Notes under the pieces: generated by a model
The model's database searches: none
Seen by the model: only the letters and a program-made list of their open reading frames with translations
What the model was told of the DNA's origin: nothing
Shown: positions 50,590-63,720 of the stretch, one piece after another
Numbering within the stretch: position 1 is the stretch's first letter
Layout: each line of letters begins with the position of its first letter
Assembly (NCBI GenBank): GCA_965235115.1
Contig: OZ249451.1
Span: forward strand, 16,120,001 to 16,184,000
Reading direction: 5' to 3'
DNA: 64,000 nt
DNA from: Laetmonice hystrix
Taxonomy: Eukaryota
Program-made: the position numbers and the translations under genes

Positions 50590-52530
50590 GGCCCGGGTGA
50601 TGTCCCTGAGTTGCTGTTTGCCCTGGCTGTGCCCCCTGTCCCTGAGTTCATGTTTGCTCTGGCTTTGCCCGGCCCCTGCTGTCACTGAGTTCCTGTTTGT
50701 CCTGGCTCTATCCCCTGTCACTGAGTTCCTGTTTGCTCTGGCTGTTGTGCCCCCTGTCCCTGAGTTCCTGTTTGCCCTGCTGGCTTTGCCCCCTGTCCCT
50801 GAGTTCCTGTTTGCCCTGCTGGCTTTGCCCCCCGTCCCTGAGTTCCTGTTTGCCCTGGCTTTGCCCCCTGTTCCCGAGTTCCTGTTTTCCCTGGCGGCCC
50901 GGCCCCTGCTGTCACTGAGTTCCTGTTTGTCCTACTGCTGGCTGTATCCCCAGCTGTCCCTGAGTTCCTGTTTACACTGGCTGTGCCCCCATTCCCTAAG
51001 TTCCTAGCTGTTTGCTTTGGCTTTGCCCGGCCCCTGCTGTCACTGCTGCGCATGAGTTCCTGTTTGCCCGCCCCCTGTCCCTGAGTTCCTGTTTGCCCTG
51101 GCTTTGCCCCCTGTCCCTTCATGTTTGCCCTGGCTTCGCCCCCTGTCCCCGAGTTCCTGTTTGCCCTGGCTTTGCCCCCTGTCCCTGAGTTCCTGTTTGC
51201 TTTGCTGGCTTTGCCCCCTGTCCCCGAGTTCCTGTTTGCTCTGGCTGTGCCCCCTGTCCCTGAGTTCCTGTTTGCTTTGCTGGCTTTGCCCCCTGTCCCC
51301 GAGTTCCTGTTTGCCCTGGCTTTGCCCCCTGTCCCTGAGTTCCTGCTTTCCCTGGCGGCCCGGCCCCTGCTGTCACCGAGTTTCTGTTTGTCCTGGCTGT
51401 ATCCCCTGTCCCTGAGTTCCTGTTTACACTGGCTGTGCCCCCTTTCCCTATAGGTTCCTGTTTGCTCTGGCTTTGCCCGGCCTCTGCTGTCACTGCATGA
51501 GTTCCTGTTTGTCCTGGCTGTATCCCCTGTCACTGAGTTCCTGTTTGCTCTGGCTGTGCCCCCTGTCCCCGAGTTCCTGTTTGCCTTGCTGGCTAATTTG
51601 CCCCCTGTCCCTGTTCCTGTTTGCCCTGGCTTTGCCCCCTGTCCCCCAGTTCCTGTTTGCCTTGCTGGCTTCGCCCCCTGTCCCTGAGTTCCTGTTTGCC
51701 CTGGCTTTGCCCCCTGTCCCCGAGTTCCTGTTTTCCCTGGCGGCCCGGCCCCTGCTGTCACTGAGTTCCTGTTTGCCCTGGCTGTATCCCCTGTCCCTGA
51801 GTTCCTGTTTACACTGGCTGTGTCCCCTGTCCCATAAAGTTCCTGTTTGCTCTGGCTTTGCCCGGCCCCTGTTGTCACTGCATGAGTTCCTGTCTGCCGT
51901 GGCTGTATCCCCTGTCACTGAGTTCCTGTTTGCTCTGGCTTTGCCCGGCCCCTGCTGTCACTGCATGAGTTCCTGTCTGCCGTGGCTGTATCCTCTGTCA
52001 CTGAGTTCATGTTTGCTCTGGCTGTGCTCCCTGTCCCTGAGTTCCTGTTTGCCATGGCTTTGCCCGGCGTCTGCTCTCACTGCATGAGTTCCTGTTTGTC
52101 CTGGCTGTGCCCCCTGTCCCTCAGTTCCTGTTTGCCTTGCTGGCTGTGCCCCCTGTCCCTGAGTTCCTGTTTGCCCTGGCTTTGCCCCCTGTCCCCCAGT
52201 TCCTGTTTGCCCTGCTGGCTTCGCCCCCTGTCCCTGAGTTCCTGTTTGCCCTGGCTTTGCCCCCTGTCCCTGAGTTCCTGCTTTCCCTGGCGGCCCGGCC
52301 CCTGCTGTCACTGAGTTTCTGTTTGTCCTGGCTGTATGCCCTGTCCCTGAGTTCCTGTTTACACCGGCTGTGCCTCCTGTCCCTGAGTTCCTGTTTGCTC
52401 TGGCTTTGTCCGGCCCCTGCTGTCACTGCATGAGTTCCTGTTTGCCCTGGCTGTGCCCCTGTCCTTGAGTTCCTGTTTGCACTGGCTTTGCCCCCTGTCT
52501 TTGAGTTCCTGTTTGCCCTGGCTTTGAACT
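50590..52530. repeat. Complex 33/36/39-bp higher-order minisatellite (cccctgtccctgagttcctgtttgccctggctttg)
   Basis: Direct reading; A-poor + strand; gives overlapping repetitive ORFs in several frames, with frameshifts. Confidence 0.93.
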
Positions 52531-52981
52531 AGCACTGTTACACGACTCATTCCATCCGCCGCCGCACCACCCCTGGCCCCCTAGCGGTAGGGCAGGGAAA
52601 CAGTCCTAGCTTTGAACCTGAAATTTAAGTCTGATGCCGACACTGGCGCCACCTGTCAATAGATAGATCACAATGACATGATCCGACAGATGGCGCTCTA
52701 GTAGGGTATGGGCCTGTCGCCGGGGGGGGGGGGGGTGCGGTCTGGAGAAGATAAGAGTTCTATCGTGACATTTACAGCTGTCTAATTCACGAATTTTAAT
52801 CTTCCAGTAAAACTGAAAATTCTAGGTCAAGGGCCCAGGTCCTTTAGAGGTTAAAGGGGCATGCTATGGAACACGTTTTGGAGGATTTCCGGCAATTATC
52901 CAACATGACCGTGTACTATCCAAGTAAATAATCCTACCACAGCATTTTGTCCTCCGACGTGTTTTAGGTTCTATACGGAGG

Positions 52982-53777
52982 ATGGAGGATGGAAAATGGA
53001 GGATAAAATTTAATCATAAAAAGTCAAAGGTTGTACACTATCGTAAAAGGAATGTTGAGCCAATTAGTATGCCCTTCTACCTAAATGATAAAGAAACTGA
53101 AAGAGTTCCACAGTATAAATATTTAGGCGTCATTTTATATGATCAGATATTGGAATCGACTTCTAAGTTTAAATAATGAAAGGATGACCAAAAAAAGTAT
53201 TTATGTGGGACTTGGCACAGACAACAAAGGGTTGGGCATCAGAAGTGAGGGAAATCCTCGAGAAGGTTAAAATGCTGGAAATATTTCATTCCTTAAGTGA
53301 GTACTCTACTGTCAGAGTCTGGGCTGAGTTACATAACCTGAAATGTCAAGACTGGAAAAAGAATTTATCGCAATACCCCAAACTTCGAACTTACGTTACT
53401 TTCAAAGATAGTTTTTGTATAGAACCTTATGTCATTGTGAATATGAATCGTAAATATAGATCTGTTATTGCACAATTACGAAGTGGAATTCTACCTTTAG
53501 AACTGGAATGCGGCCGATGGAAGGGTTTAAAGATTGAGGAGAGGAAATGTAAAATATGTAATCAGGAGGCCATTGAGGATGAGAACCTTTTCTTATTTGA
53601 ATGCACATTGTATAATTCAGAGAGAGATCGTTTTATAGAGAAAATGGGTAGACCTGATTTTGCAAGACTAGATAACAGAATTAATTGAATATAATTATGT
53701 CAAATGAAAATGTCATTGAAGCTGGAAGATTTATTTGGAATATTTTTCAAAAGAGGAAGCAGACCCTTTTTACCTAA
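52982..53777 (+). mobile_element. Decayed non-LTR retrotransposon ORF2 3' fragment (L2/CR1/RTE-X-like)
   Basis: W.IKFN.KKSKV..YKYLGV (RT thumb); after a deletion, KLRTY..FK..EPY..R.RS.IAQLRSG..L.LE.GR..ER.C..C..EDE..FLF.C..Y..ER; stops and frameshifts. Confidence 0.85.
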
Positions 53778-53935
53778 AATTCTCAAACTGCTTCCAAGCC
53801 CTATTTGATTTGTTAATTTTAATTTATTAAGTTGATAATCCTGATATTTTTCTTTGTCAAGTCAACTCGTTGTATGGTTTGTCTTCTTTGGTTTTGGCCG
53901 CTTTATTGCCTCTTCTGTTGTGTTAATCTACTAGT

Positions 53936-54841
53936 TGTAACCAATGTCGAGTGACAAAAAGTAGAATGTGTGACCTTGTCGCCTAGTAAAGTGGCAAAGA
54001 AAGGTGACTTATAGGCCCAAGTGGGTCGGGTGTAACCAGGTTTTTAACCTTCTGTACACAAGTCACGATAATAAAGATATATACATACATACATACATAT
54101 ACGACCAAACGCATAGATTTCTCCCGATAGCACATCTCCCGCCATAATTTGGTAGACAACCTCCCATCAACCCGTGTAATCGCGTACTGCGTCACATCCT
54201 GCGCGTGCACTCTCTGCATGTGCTTAGGCATGCGCTTCGCTTAGTTGCAAACAATTCAGCAGTGGCACCCGATCGTCCGGCATCAGAATGCCACCCAAAA
54301 ATATCACCTTTCTGCCGCTAGGGGGCTGCAGGGGAGAGAATGACCACGGGGTTGGTGGAATCCCAGAAACAATTTAGTCACACGTTCTCGGCACAAGTAA
54401 TATCAGTGTGCTGACGTACGTCTCTATGGCAACCAATGATTAGCACATGCTTTAGGGTGAAGGGGCCAGATAACCGATGGTTGTTATTATAAAATCATGT
54501 ATGTTAACATTGTTCAGGGTCATAAGGTTAGCCAAACCTCGGTCATATCATGCAGAATAGACAGTTTGAAATGCTAAAGAATGTCAACAAGATAAGCCGG
54601 GGAACCCCCGGTGAGAAGGCTCTGGGTATAAATATCGGAGCAGGGAATAGGCTATAGAGGAGAACGGGACGGGACACGATATCAGACGTTACTTGAAGAG
54701 CCAAGCTGAAAACACTCAACCTCCGCCGATCGCCGCACTTGTAGGAGTTGCTGAAGAACTCGGTGTTGTGTTATTCTACTGTCACCACGAGGGTCCGCCA
54801 CTATCACCTATCCACCAAACGTAGACCCCCACTTGGTTACA
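53936..54841 (+). mobile_element. Possible solo LTR
   Basis: Bounded by TGTAACCAA..TTGGTTACA (9-bp inverted ends, TG..CA), with an internal TATA-like ggtataaata near 54626; no TSD found. Confidence 0.35.
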
Positions 54842-57510
54842 TACGAAATCGGCAGAGAAGCGGGCAAGGGAGCTTCATAAACTTCGATTTCTCACGCAAA
54901 ATGAAACTGATAAGTCTGTAGATTGTTTACCAAGCAATTTGAATGAAGGATCTCTTTATGAAAACAGCAAAAGTTCTTTAAAATACCGATTTTTCACGTT
55001 TCCTCATAATATGCCCCTTTAACACCAATTTAGGGCAAGTCTGGACACTAAGGCAACGAACTAGATATATTCGATGAACTTGATTGATACTGTTTGTGTG
55101 TAGGCCGCCTTATTAGATTAAAAAGGCAGTTTTGTAATGTATGTACCTGGATAAAAGCTAGTGTACTACTGATAAATTTGTTGGTGTACTGACACCAGTC
55201 CGATAACTCAAGTTCGTTTGTGTACTGACCGTTAGTGAACTGACACTGTTGTCAAACTCTCAACAAGGAGGCATGGAGGTCGTAGATGGAGAGCTCATGA
55301 CGTGCTTTCTGCCAACGTTACCATGTCAACTGTGTTGATAAAACCTTTTTTTGTGATAAAAGTAGATTCTGTGGTTTCTAGGGGCGTTTATGTACTGATT
55401 CTGAATTAAATGCCGACCACTTAACTTTAGGTGTCAATTTTCTTTTGCCTGAGGGTAAATGAGTAATCTGCATTGCCCTTGACATGTCTGTTTTCTATAA
55501 ATATGCCTGCAATTAGCTTCCTGCTCAGCTTATAACAAAGGCCGCTAGATGGCGTGTTAGTGTTCAGCATTTTCAGGGAAATTGATTTATATTGTGTGTG
55601 TGTGGTTTAAGAGGAACTCCTGTGTGTGTTTATAAGGTAGGAAATAACTAATTTTGTAATTTAATAGGAAGGGTAAATATTCAATTGTATTATTTTTATG
55701 GTGTTCACGTTTTGGTGATACCACGTGAGACATGAGAAATTCACCACCATGCAAATGTTTGTCGCACCAGATACAAAATATATTTTACACTCCCTTACAA
55801 CAAGTTACTAAATTTACAGTCTGAGGGTTAGCCAGCAGAGTATTATTTAGTCCTAAGATGAGACTCCGTGCCTTGGAATTTTCCAGATCCCGGAGTCACG
55901 AAACTGCCATAAATCTATGATCCCAAGAATGGTAAGTCATTGTAGCACAGTATAACAGTTTGGTAGGAATGTTTAACTAAACTACAGATGAATAGAATGT
56001 TAGCTGGGTTCGTTCTAGTTAGGCACCATGGCCATACATGCAGCATATGTACCTCAGGGACCAAAACTGGTATAAACAGACATCGCGTGCCAATCGACGC
56101 CGTCACAGCAAACGCTGAATAGGGGCCTAAACTGTTAACATCATTTTTTCATGTTATTCTTTATCTCGTTCGCAAAAGTTCCTCCATCAGTAAGCCATTA
56201 GTCGTATCAACACTCTCCCCTTCAATAATAGATTTAAAAAAAGACAATGAGGCTTCGGCAAGCGGCTCGTTTCCGACATCACTGAATCTGTACCATTTCC
56301 AGGCGTTCAGCCGAGTGCGGTCAAGCAGTGAGAGTAGTATAGGGAAATGGGAATTTAGTAACGGCACGCTCCACGAGAGGGCGATGTGAGTCCGGCGTGT
56401 GTGTGTGATTGAGTGAGCGCCGGGAGCTGGGGTCGGGACGGCAGCAGTGATAGCTGCACGGAGGACGGACGGCCATGGCGGCGTGTGCTGCACGGACGGC
56501 CGGGCGGGACGACAGCGGGACCCCGTGCGCTGCATCCTAATGTAAGCAGGCAGCAGGACGACAGCGGATGGGGTTTCCATTAAACAGCGAGGCGTACAAC
56601 AGGCGAGTAGGAAACGCAGTAAATTCTGGCCAGCATTTGGTACTGGGCTCACTGACAGTTTGTGCTGGTCAGTAAGTGTGCACATTTTAGATTTCCGGCT
56701 GTTTTGCTTGGTGTGTTGGTGTGTGACGGGGTGCAGAACCCGACAAGGCTTGCCATATACAAGGAAGGACGCACAGTGGCGTCGCTCCCGTATAGTAGCC
56801 GTTAACAGTCCTCCATCGACGCTTGTTTTCTAAATGGTGCCGCTTTAGAAGGCACTGAATGCACTACGGCCGCACAACCACCAAGCCCAGTTCAGACTCT
56901 ATGCCTATATTCCCCTTCGTGTACACTTCACTGTTGCTTACTGCCGCCCGTTAGAAGACACACTTCCCCGACCCGCTGTCTGCTTATAATGAACACTGTG
57001 GACTGAATCGTCGCTTTCGCCTCCTTGTCGCCATCATCGCTCGCTTTAGTTGGCTGTATAGACGGTTGGTGAATGCTCGCACCCGTGTGTCGCCAGTTTC
57101 CCTCGGCTGTTCATCGTTCATCGCTTCCTGCCCGCTACCGTTCCCGCCTGGGCCTAATGGTTGTCCTCCACCCGGAGTGGAACAACCATCACAAGGCCAG
57201 CATGGTCACTGAAGGAATACTTACAAGGTAGGCTGAATATGTTGCTGTCACACAGCAATGCACTGTTCTTTTGGATCAGAGAGGGAGGGAGAGAAAGAGA
57301 GAGGATAGTAGAGGGGCAAAGTGCGTTAAGAGGCCTCTCTGTAGACTATGCAATCAGCATGAGAAGGACTTTGGTAGGCGTATCAGTTGTCCATAGGAAG
57401 CCTTGGCAGTGATAAGGTTTGCCGGAACGTCCACTGAGAGGCTTGTTTACTACCGAGGGTTGGCCATATGGGAAAATCTACAGGTGGCCTGAGTATGGCC
57501 AGTATATTTG

Positions 57511-57512
<2 letters not shown>

Positions 57513-57588
<76 letters not shown>
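57513..57588. repeat. (AG)38 microsatellite
   Basis: Direct reading. Confidence 0.99.
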
Positions 57589-57591
<3 letters not shown>

Positions 57592-57924
57592 GAGATTACA
57601 ACATCTTTGGCAGCGTCGTGATCCTGGAATTTTGGCCAGTTTTCCGGAAGCATCCAGATCATCACATTGCATAAGAAGAAAAGAACATACTAAATTTAGG
57701 ATGAAAGTGGAAGAAATGTTGAAAGGACCTTGACTGTCTCCATGTGTTTAACTCGGCCCTGCACGTAGACTTCGAAAGGGACTTTTGAACAACGTCCAAA
57801 TGATGAAAATCTGCGAAATGTTGCAACTTGTGCAATGGGTACCGGCAAAGAGATTGCTTGGTTGTATTGAGTGATGTGTTCATCCAGTATTAAGGTGGCT
57901 GGAGGCGGGGTGCTTGGTCAGTCG

Positions 57925-57990
57925 GTCAGTGAGCGGTCAAGTGGTCAACCAGACTATTCAATGCGAGACCCCGGGATCAATCATATTACT
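57925..57990 (+). other. Possible degenerate tRNA-derived SINE head
   Basis: ..agtggtc..tgcgagaccccgggatcaatc resembles a tRNA variable-loop/T-arm (B box); the cloverleaf is not intact. Confidence 0.25.
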
Positions 57991-58494
57991 ATGGGTTCCT
58001 ATTGCTAGCTGAAGGTAATGGAATCTCTCTTGATGTGACCCTCTTCTTCTATGGCCCTGCCTTGTCTGTAACGAACCCATACAATGGTGGACCTAATTTA
58101 ACACAGATTGCTTATTCATAATGTTAGTAGCCAGGCATCCTTGAAGATATCGAGTCCTTTTCTGGCCTTGGTGTTACGACAGAACGACTAAGGAGATTGT
58201 CCTTGAGACGTCATGGATGCACTGTTGATGTCGTTCTTTCATTTTATTATTTGAGTTCAAAGGTTGAAACCCCTTTCCCAATCAGGGTCGGACATCCAAT
58301 ACCATTTACAAAGTGGCATGCGATAACTGGCCGTAAAATCGCATGGTCACAGCAACAGCTTCAACCATAAATTCTGACAAAATCAGTAAAGTAATTCAAG
58401 ATATTTGATTAAAAATAGAGAAGGGGCTGTTTTGACTGCATGTATTATTTGAAAAAGATGCGTGGTTGATGCGAATAAAGATGATACTGCTGCA

Positions 58495-60455
58495 GTTCGG
58501 CACAGACATGTCCTGCTTCTTTGTGCACAGACATGTCCTGCTTCTTTGTGCACAGGCATGTCCTGCTTCTTTGTGCACAGACATGTCCCGCTCCTGTCGG
58601 CTCGGATTTGCTTGCTCCTTTCAGCTAAGTCTTGCCTACTCCTTTCAACTCTCCTGCCCTGTTCCTTTCAGCTCAGTCCTGCTCTGCCCCTGCTAGCTCA
58701 GTCTTGTCTTGCACCTGTCAGCCCAGTCCTATCCTGTTGCTGTCAGCTCAGTCTTGTCCTGCTACTGTCAGCCGAATTTTGCCCGGCTCCTTTCAGCCAA
58801 GTCTTGTCCAGCTCCTTTTGGTAGAGTCCTGCCTGTTCCGTTCGGCAGAGTCGTGCCCTTCTCTTCTCAGTTCAGACTTGTTCTGTTCGTTTCCTGCTGC
58901 CTTTAGCTCAGTCCTGTCCTGATTGCTGTCAGCTCAGTCCTGTCCTGATTGCTGTCAGCTCAGTCCTGTCCTGATTGCTGTCAGCTCAGTCCTGGCCTGA
59001 TTGCTGTCAGCTCAGCCTTGTCCTGATTGATGTCAGCTCAGTCTTGTCTTGATTGCTGTCAGCTCAGTCTTGTCTTGATTGCTGTCAGCTCAGTCCTGTC
59101 CTGATTGCTGTCAGCTCAGCCTTGTCCTGATTGCTGTCAGCTCAGTCCTGTCCTGGTTGTTGTCAGCTCAGTCCTGTCCTGACTGCTGTCACCCCAGTCT
59201 TGTCCTTGTTGCTGTCAGCCCAGTCTTGTCCTGATTGCTGTCAGCCCAGTCTTGTCCTGATTGCTGTCAGCTCAGTCTTGTCCTGATTGCTGTCAGCTCA
59301 GTCCTGTCCTGATTGCTGTCAGCTCAGTCCTGTCCTGATTGCTGTCACCTCAGTCCTGTCCTGATTGCTGTCAGCTCAGTCTTGTCTTGATTGCTGTCAG
59401 CTCAGTCTTGTCTTGATTGCTGTCAGCTCAGTCTTGTCCTGATTGCTGTCAGCTCAGTCTTGTCTTGATTGCTGTCAGCTCAGTCTTGGCCTGATTGCTG
59501 TCAGCTCAGTCTTGTCCTGATTGCTGTCAGCTCAGTCTTGTCCTAATTGCTGTCAGCTCAGTCCTGTCCCGATTGCTGTCAGCTCAGTCCTGTCCTGATT
59601 GCTGTCACCTCAGTCTTGTCTTGATTGCTGTCAGCTCAGTCCTGTCCTGATTGCTGTCAGCTCAGTCCTGTCCTGATTGCTGTCACCTCAGTCTTGTCTT
59701 GATTGCTGTCAGGTCAGTCCTGTCCTGATTGCTGTCAGCTCAGTCTGGTCCTGATTGCTGTCAGCTCAGTCTTGTCCTGATTGCTGTCAGCTCAGTCCTG
59801 TCCTGATTGCTGTCAGCTCAGTCTTGTCCTGATTGCTGTCACCTCAGTCCTGTCCTGATTGCTGTCAGCTCAGTCTTGTCCTGATTGCTGTCAGCTCAGT
59901 CCTGTCCTGGTTGTTGTCAGCTCAGTCCTGGCCTGATTGCTGTCAGCTCAGCCTTGTCCTGATTGATGTCACCTCAGTCCTGTCCTGATTGCTGTCAGCT
60001 CAGTCCTGTCCTGATTGCTGTCACCTCAGTCCTGTCCTGATTGCTGTCAGCTCAGTCCTGTCCTGATTGCTGTCAGCTCAGTCCTGTCCTGATTGCTGTC
60101 AGCTCAGTCCTGTCCTGATTGCTGTCACCTCAGTCCTGTCCTGATTGCTGTCACCTCAGTCCTGTCCTGATTGCTGTCAGCTCAGTCCTGTCCTGATTGC
60201 TGTCAGCTCAGTCCTGTCCTGATTGCTGTCAGCTCAGTCCTGTCCTGATTGCTGTCACCTCAGTCCTGTCCTGATTGCTGTCACCTCAGTCCTGTCCTGA
60301 TTGCTGTCAGCTCAGTGTTGTCCTGATTGCTGTCAGCTCAGTCCTGTCCTGATTGCTGTCAGCTCAGTCCTGTCCTGATTGCTGTCAGCTCAGTCTTGTC
60401 CTGATTGCTGTCAGCTCCGTCCTGTCCTGATTGCTGTCAGCTCAGTCTTGTCCTA
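58495..60455. repeat. 26-bp minisatellite (gctgtcagctcagtcctgtcctgatt), ~59 regular copies from 58905, with a degenerate leader
   Basis: Direct reading; preceded by three copies of cacagacatgtcctgcttctttgtg and diverged units. Confidence 0.97.
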
Positions 60456-60829
60456 TACTCTATTCGACAGTCCTTTCAGCACCGTTTTGTTCTGTTCTGC
60501 TCTTTTCGAGAATTAGCCACAGTTTTTTTTACATGTCACACCACATAGCGACTGTATGCGTCACTCTCCCTTTGTTAACCCGGTCGGGAGTACACGTAAT
60601 TAATTAACACCAGACTTATCAATCGTCCTTCGGGAGAGGCATGCTCATGCACCTTCCTGTGGCCTTATGTTCCTTGTCGCACTTATGTAACTCTCATGAT
60701 GTCAGTGTCGTTTATTACCCCATGCTATGGGTATAATTGGCCACAGATGAATAGGCATTTATTAGGTATTTATCTAAGCTGCATTCTGTCCGCGCCATAC
60801 TGGCAGTGGATACATAATGGAATTACACT

Positions 60830-61600
60830 AGGCACGGTTGGAACAATTTCCCATATAAACTGACCTTGATTTAGTATTTTTGTAGGGGTAACTGTAAAAT
60901 GTAGCTGTAGTGGCTAAAATGCGTCCGATCGTTAAGGTGCCAGGACCATGAATAACTAATGTTTGGTTCCTGAGAGGAATGCTTAATTTTACGGCCAACG
61001 CTCGCAACCAACCGACAAATGTATGGATGGCGGGCCGCTTTTTGATCAGATGTGGTCCGTGAACCATGAGCTATTACTAGAGGTAAACAAAACGTCTTTC
61101 CACTTATAACTTCTATTAGTTTGATTAACTCACCATTAATCCACGGGATCTGCACTATCAGATAAAGAACATGAACTTTGGCTTGTTGAAGATATGAGCC
61201 CAGTCAATATTTACAACAACTGATGTAGTAATGCCCTAAGGTGGTCCTTTTAAGTCATTGTACAAAATGTAGCATGCCCCTCGACAATGGTTGAGACTGA
61301 ATGCTAGGTCTGTATTCAGCAAACATACCGTCAAACAGCGAGAATTGTCACATTATGGAAATAATTCATTCCTCCGGATTTGTAAATAGGTGTATTTCAA
61401 ATATTGATCGCCATACGGATTTCCGTTAGTACCAAATGTGCGAGCTCTATGACCTGCTGCAAACATTGCCAGCTGTCATTGTCAGATATGTACACGAATA
61501 GAACTAACCCAGGGCAGACCCACTACTTGAGGACAATACGACTGCTGGCCACCGGATATTGCCATCTAAAGATGAATTGACGACAACATATTAATTCGGT
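60830..61600 (-). mobile_element. Possible ancient CR1/L2-like RT remnant
   Basis: Broken frames give GSALG*/LVLFVYISD (cf. GSVLGPLLFL.YIND) and QKAAR (cf. QRRAAR); heavily decayed. Confidence 0.3.
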
Positions 61601-63000
61601 GAGACTATTATCTCAATTTAAAGTTTATGGATTCGTGTACCATTGACGAATTTATCCATATTTTACAGGAAACGCCTGCCCATTTTGTTTGCTTTTGTTG
61701 GTCTCTATTTTTTTAAGCAATTAATTGTACTTTAGATGTGAGTTTGTATTACTATCATCAAAATGCAGTAATAATTCAAGAACGTTGAATGATTTTCCCT
61801 GGTGAAAAAATCACATCAATACTTGTTTGATGCCACGCTCTTGTAATGTTTTTTTTTATAACCATCAATTATATCCACCTATATGCCATGTATATTTGAA
61901 GGATCCCCATGCATTATCGTCGTTTAGATTTATTACGATATAATAAATTCTTTTTAGCGGCCTTCTTTGTCTCTTATGGTCACGCATCCACTCTTGCCTA
62001 TCATTAATGGAGATTTCTGTTGATTTACAAGAGGTAACAGTCACAATAGCAAGTGATCAGATTGCTCTAAGGGGGTAGACTTGTCAAGATTATTTCCACA
62101 GGGGAACTGGACTAAGAACTCTTGGATTGAAGACTTTCAAAGCTTTGCCACTGGTCTCATATAACGAATCGACTTGAGACCACTGTACTAGAAACGATTA
62201 AACTGGCTCGTGGCAGTGGCTCAACAGTCCAGCTGTGTTGGTAGAGTATGGTGAGAGGATACCTCTGGGGAGAAAGACAGTATGTATTGATCTCAAGAGC
62301 ACTGCCCTCCAGAGTGGAGGGCAGTGACCGGCAGCGGCAGGGGGTTCGAGCATTTGGCACTGGCTTGGCACCACCCACCCCCTCAATGACTTCTGATGTA
62401 ACTCGATACTTATCATTAATTCACCACATCCTCCACCCACCACCACCACCAGACTCCAACACCAGCACCACCAGCACCAGCACCACCCACCCCCGCAGCC
62501 ATTCCAGCCACCATGCAGTAATATTTGGCAACATGTAAACCCTGGCCCTGTCATGTTTTTATCGGACCTTTATGCTTCTCACCTTTGACCTTTATCAATT
62601 ATGAATTTTTACGGCAATGGCAGTTACGCAAATGTGGCTTCGAAGTACCAACCACATATTAGGCCTGAACCCACTCGGCTGTAGGTGTTTAATCAGTCGT
62701 AATGTGTATTTAACGGCATGATGTAATGTTTGGTGCTGTACACACCACCAAGGCTACAAATAGCAGATAACATTGTGATTCGAGTTTAGGATGAGTCAGG
62801 GAAGATCAGCCGCCCACTGAAAGTTTACACCACGTTTTCTGCGGTGACTCACTCGTACATATGTTCCCACTGCGGGTTGACTTCAAACTGTCATGAAGTA
62901 AACAACTAAATAAATGAGCAATCGAGTTGTCGCGGGGCACAAGATATCTAGCAAAAATTTTTGAATAACAGCCTTTTTGTGGCCCATGCCATTGTCACAA

Positions 63001-63136
63001 NNNNNNNNNNNNNNNNNNNNNNNNNNNNNNNNNNNNNNNNNNNNNNNNNNNNNNNNNNNNNNNNNNNNNNNNNNNNNNNNNNNNNNNNNNNNNNNNNNNN
63101 NNNNNNNNNNNNNNNNNNNNNNNNNNNNNNNNNNNN
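63001..63136. other. Assembly gap (136 N)
   Basis: N run. Confidence 1.
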
Positions 63137-63720
63137 AGACTATGCTATAAAAGTAATGTGAATATACTTTTGTCGCGTTTCGTTAGGTAAGGTAGTAACT
63201 ATTGGATGTTTGAAACGTAAAAAAAAACTACATAAAAACAAAACCAATGTAACATACAAAGTCAGATGAATGATGAAGCAGCCGTTGGACGCGACATACC
63301 AATATACTGAAAGAAGATTGAAACGCAGCTAAGTAGAAAGTCGGCAATGCTGGACCAAATGGTCAATCATAGCGCTCCATTCATTTGAATCATGGAACCG
63401 ACGCATTGATTAATGCGGTTCTTCCGTTCTATCAATCACTTAGGCAAATTTAGTTCAGGCGGTGCTTCTATATTTTCTCCCATACGGAAATCTTTCTTGA
63501 TGTAGGTGAAGTGCCAGCGGCCATCTTCCAAACTCATTGCCTCGGCTTCCATCAAGCCCACAACCTCATTAAGATCAGAGAGAAAATCCCTTCAAAACCC
63601 ATCAAGTTCTCACTTTGTACCACCGTGATCATTAGGATAGGTTGAAGTGTGACAAAATACTTCAGGAAAACCACGGGAGGAAACCACATTGCGTCCACCT
63701 TGGTGCAACCAGGCGAGCGG

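Noticed and set aside
50718-51878. 386-aa Gly-rich ORF as a collagen- or silk-like protein
   Set aside because: There is no sustained Gly-X-Y register, the reading flips between repeat frames, and overlapping ORFs of similar length exist on both strands.
57419-57733. RE/SL-repeat ORFs
   Set aside because: Translations of the (AG)n microsatellite.
60828-61067. Parvovirus NS1 Walker-A-like LRNQTLVIHGP
   Set aside because: It lacks GKT/S and Walker B; the region is better explained as a decayed LINE.
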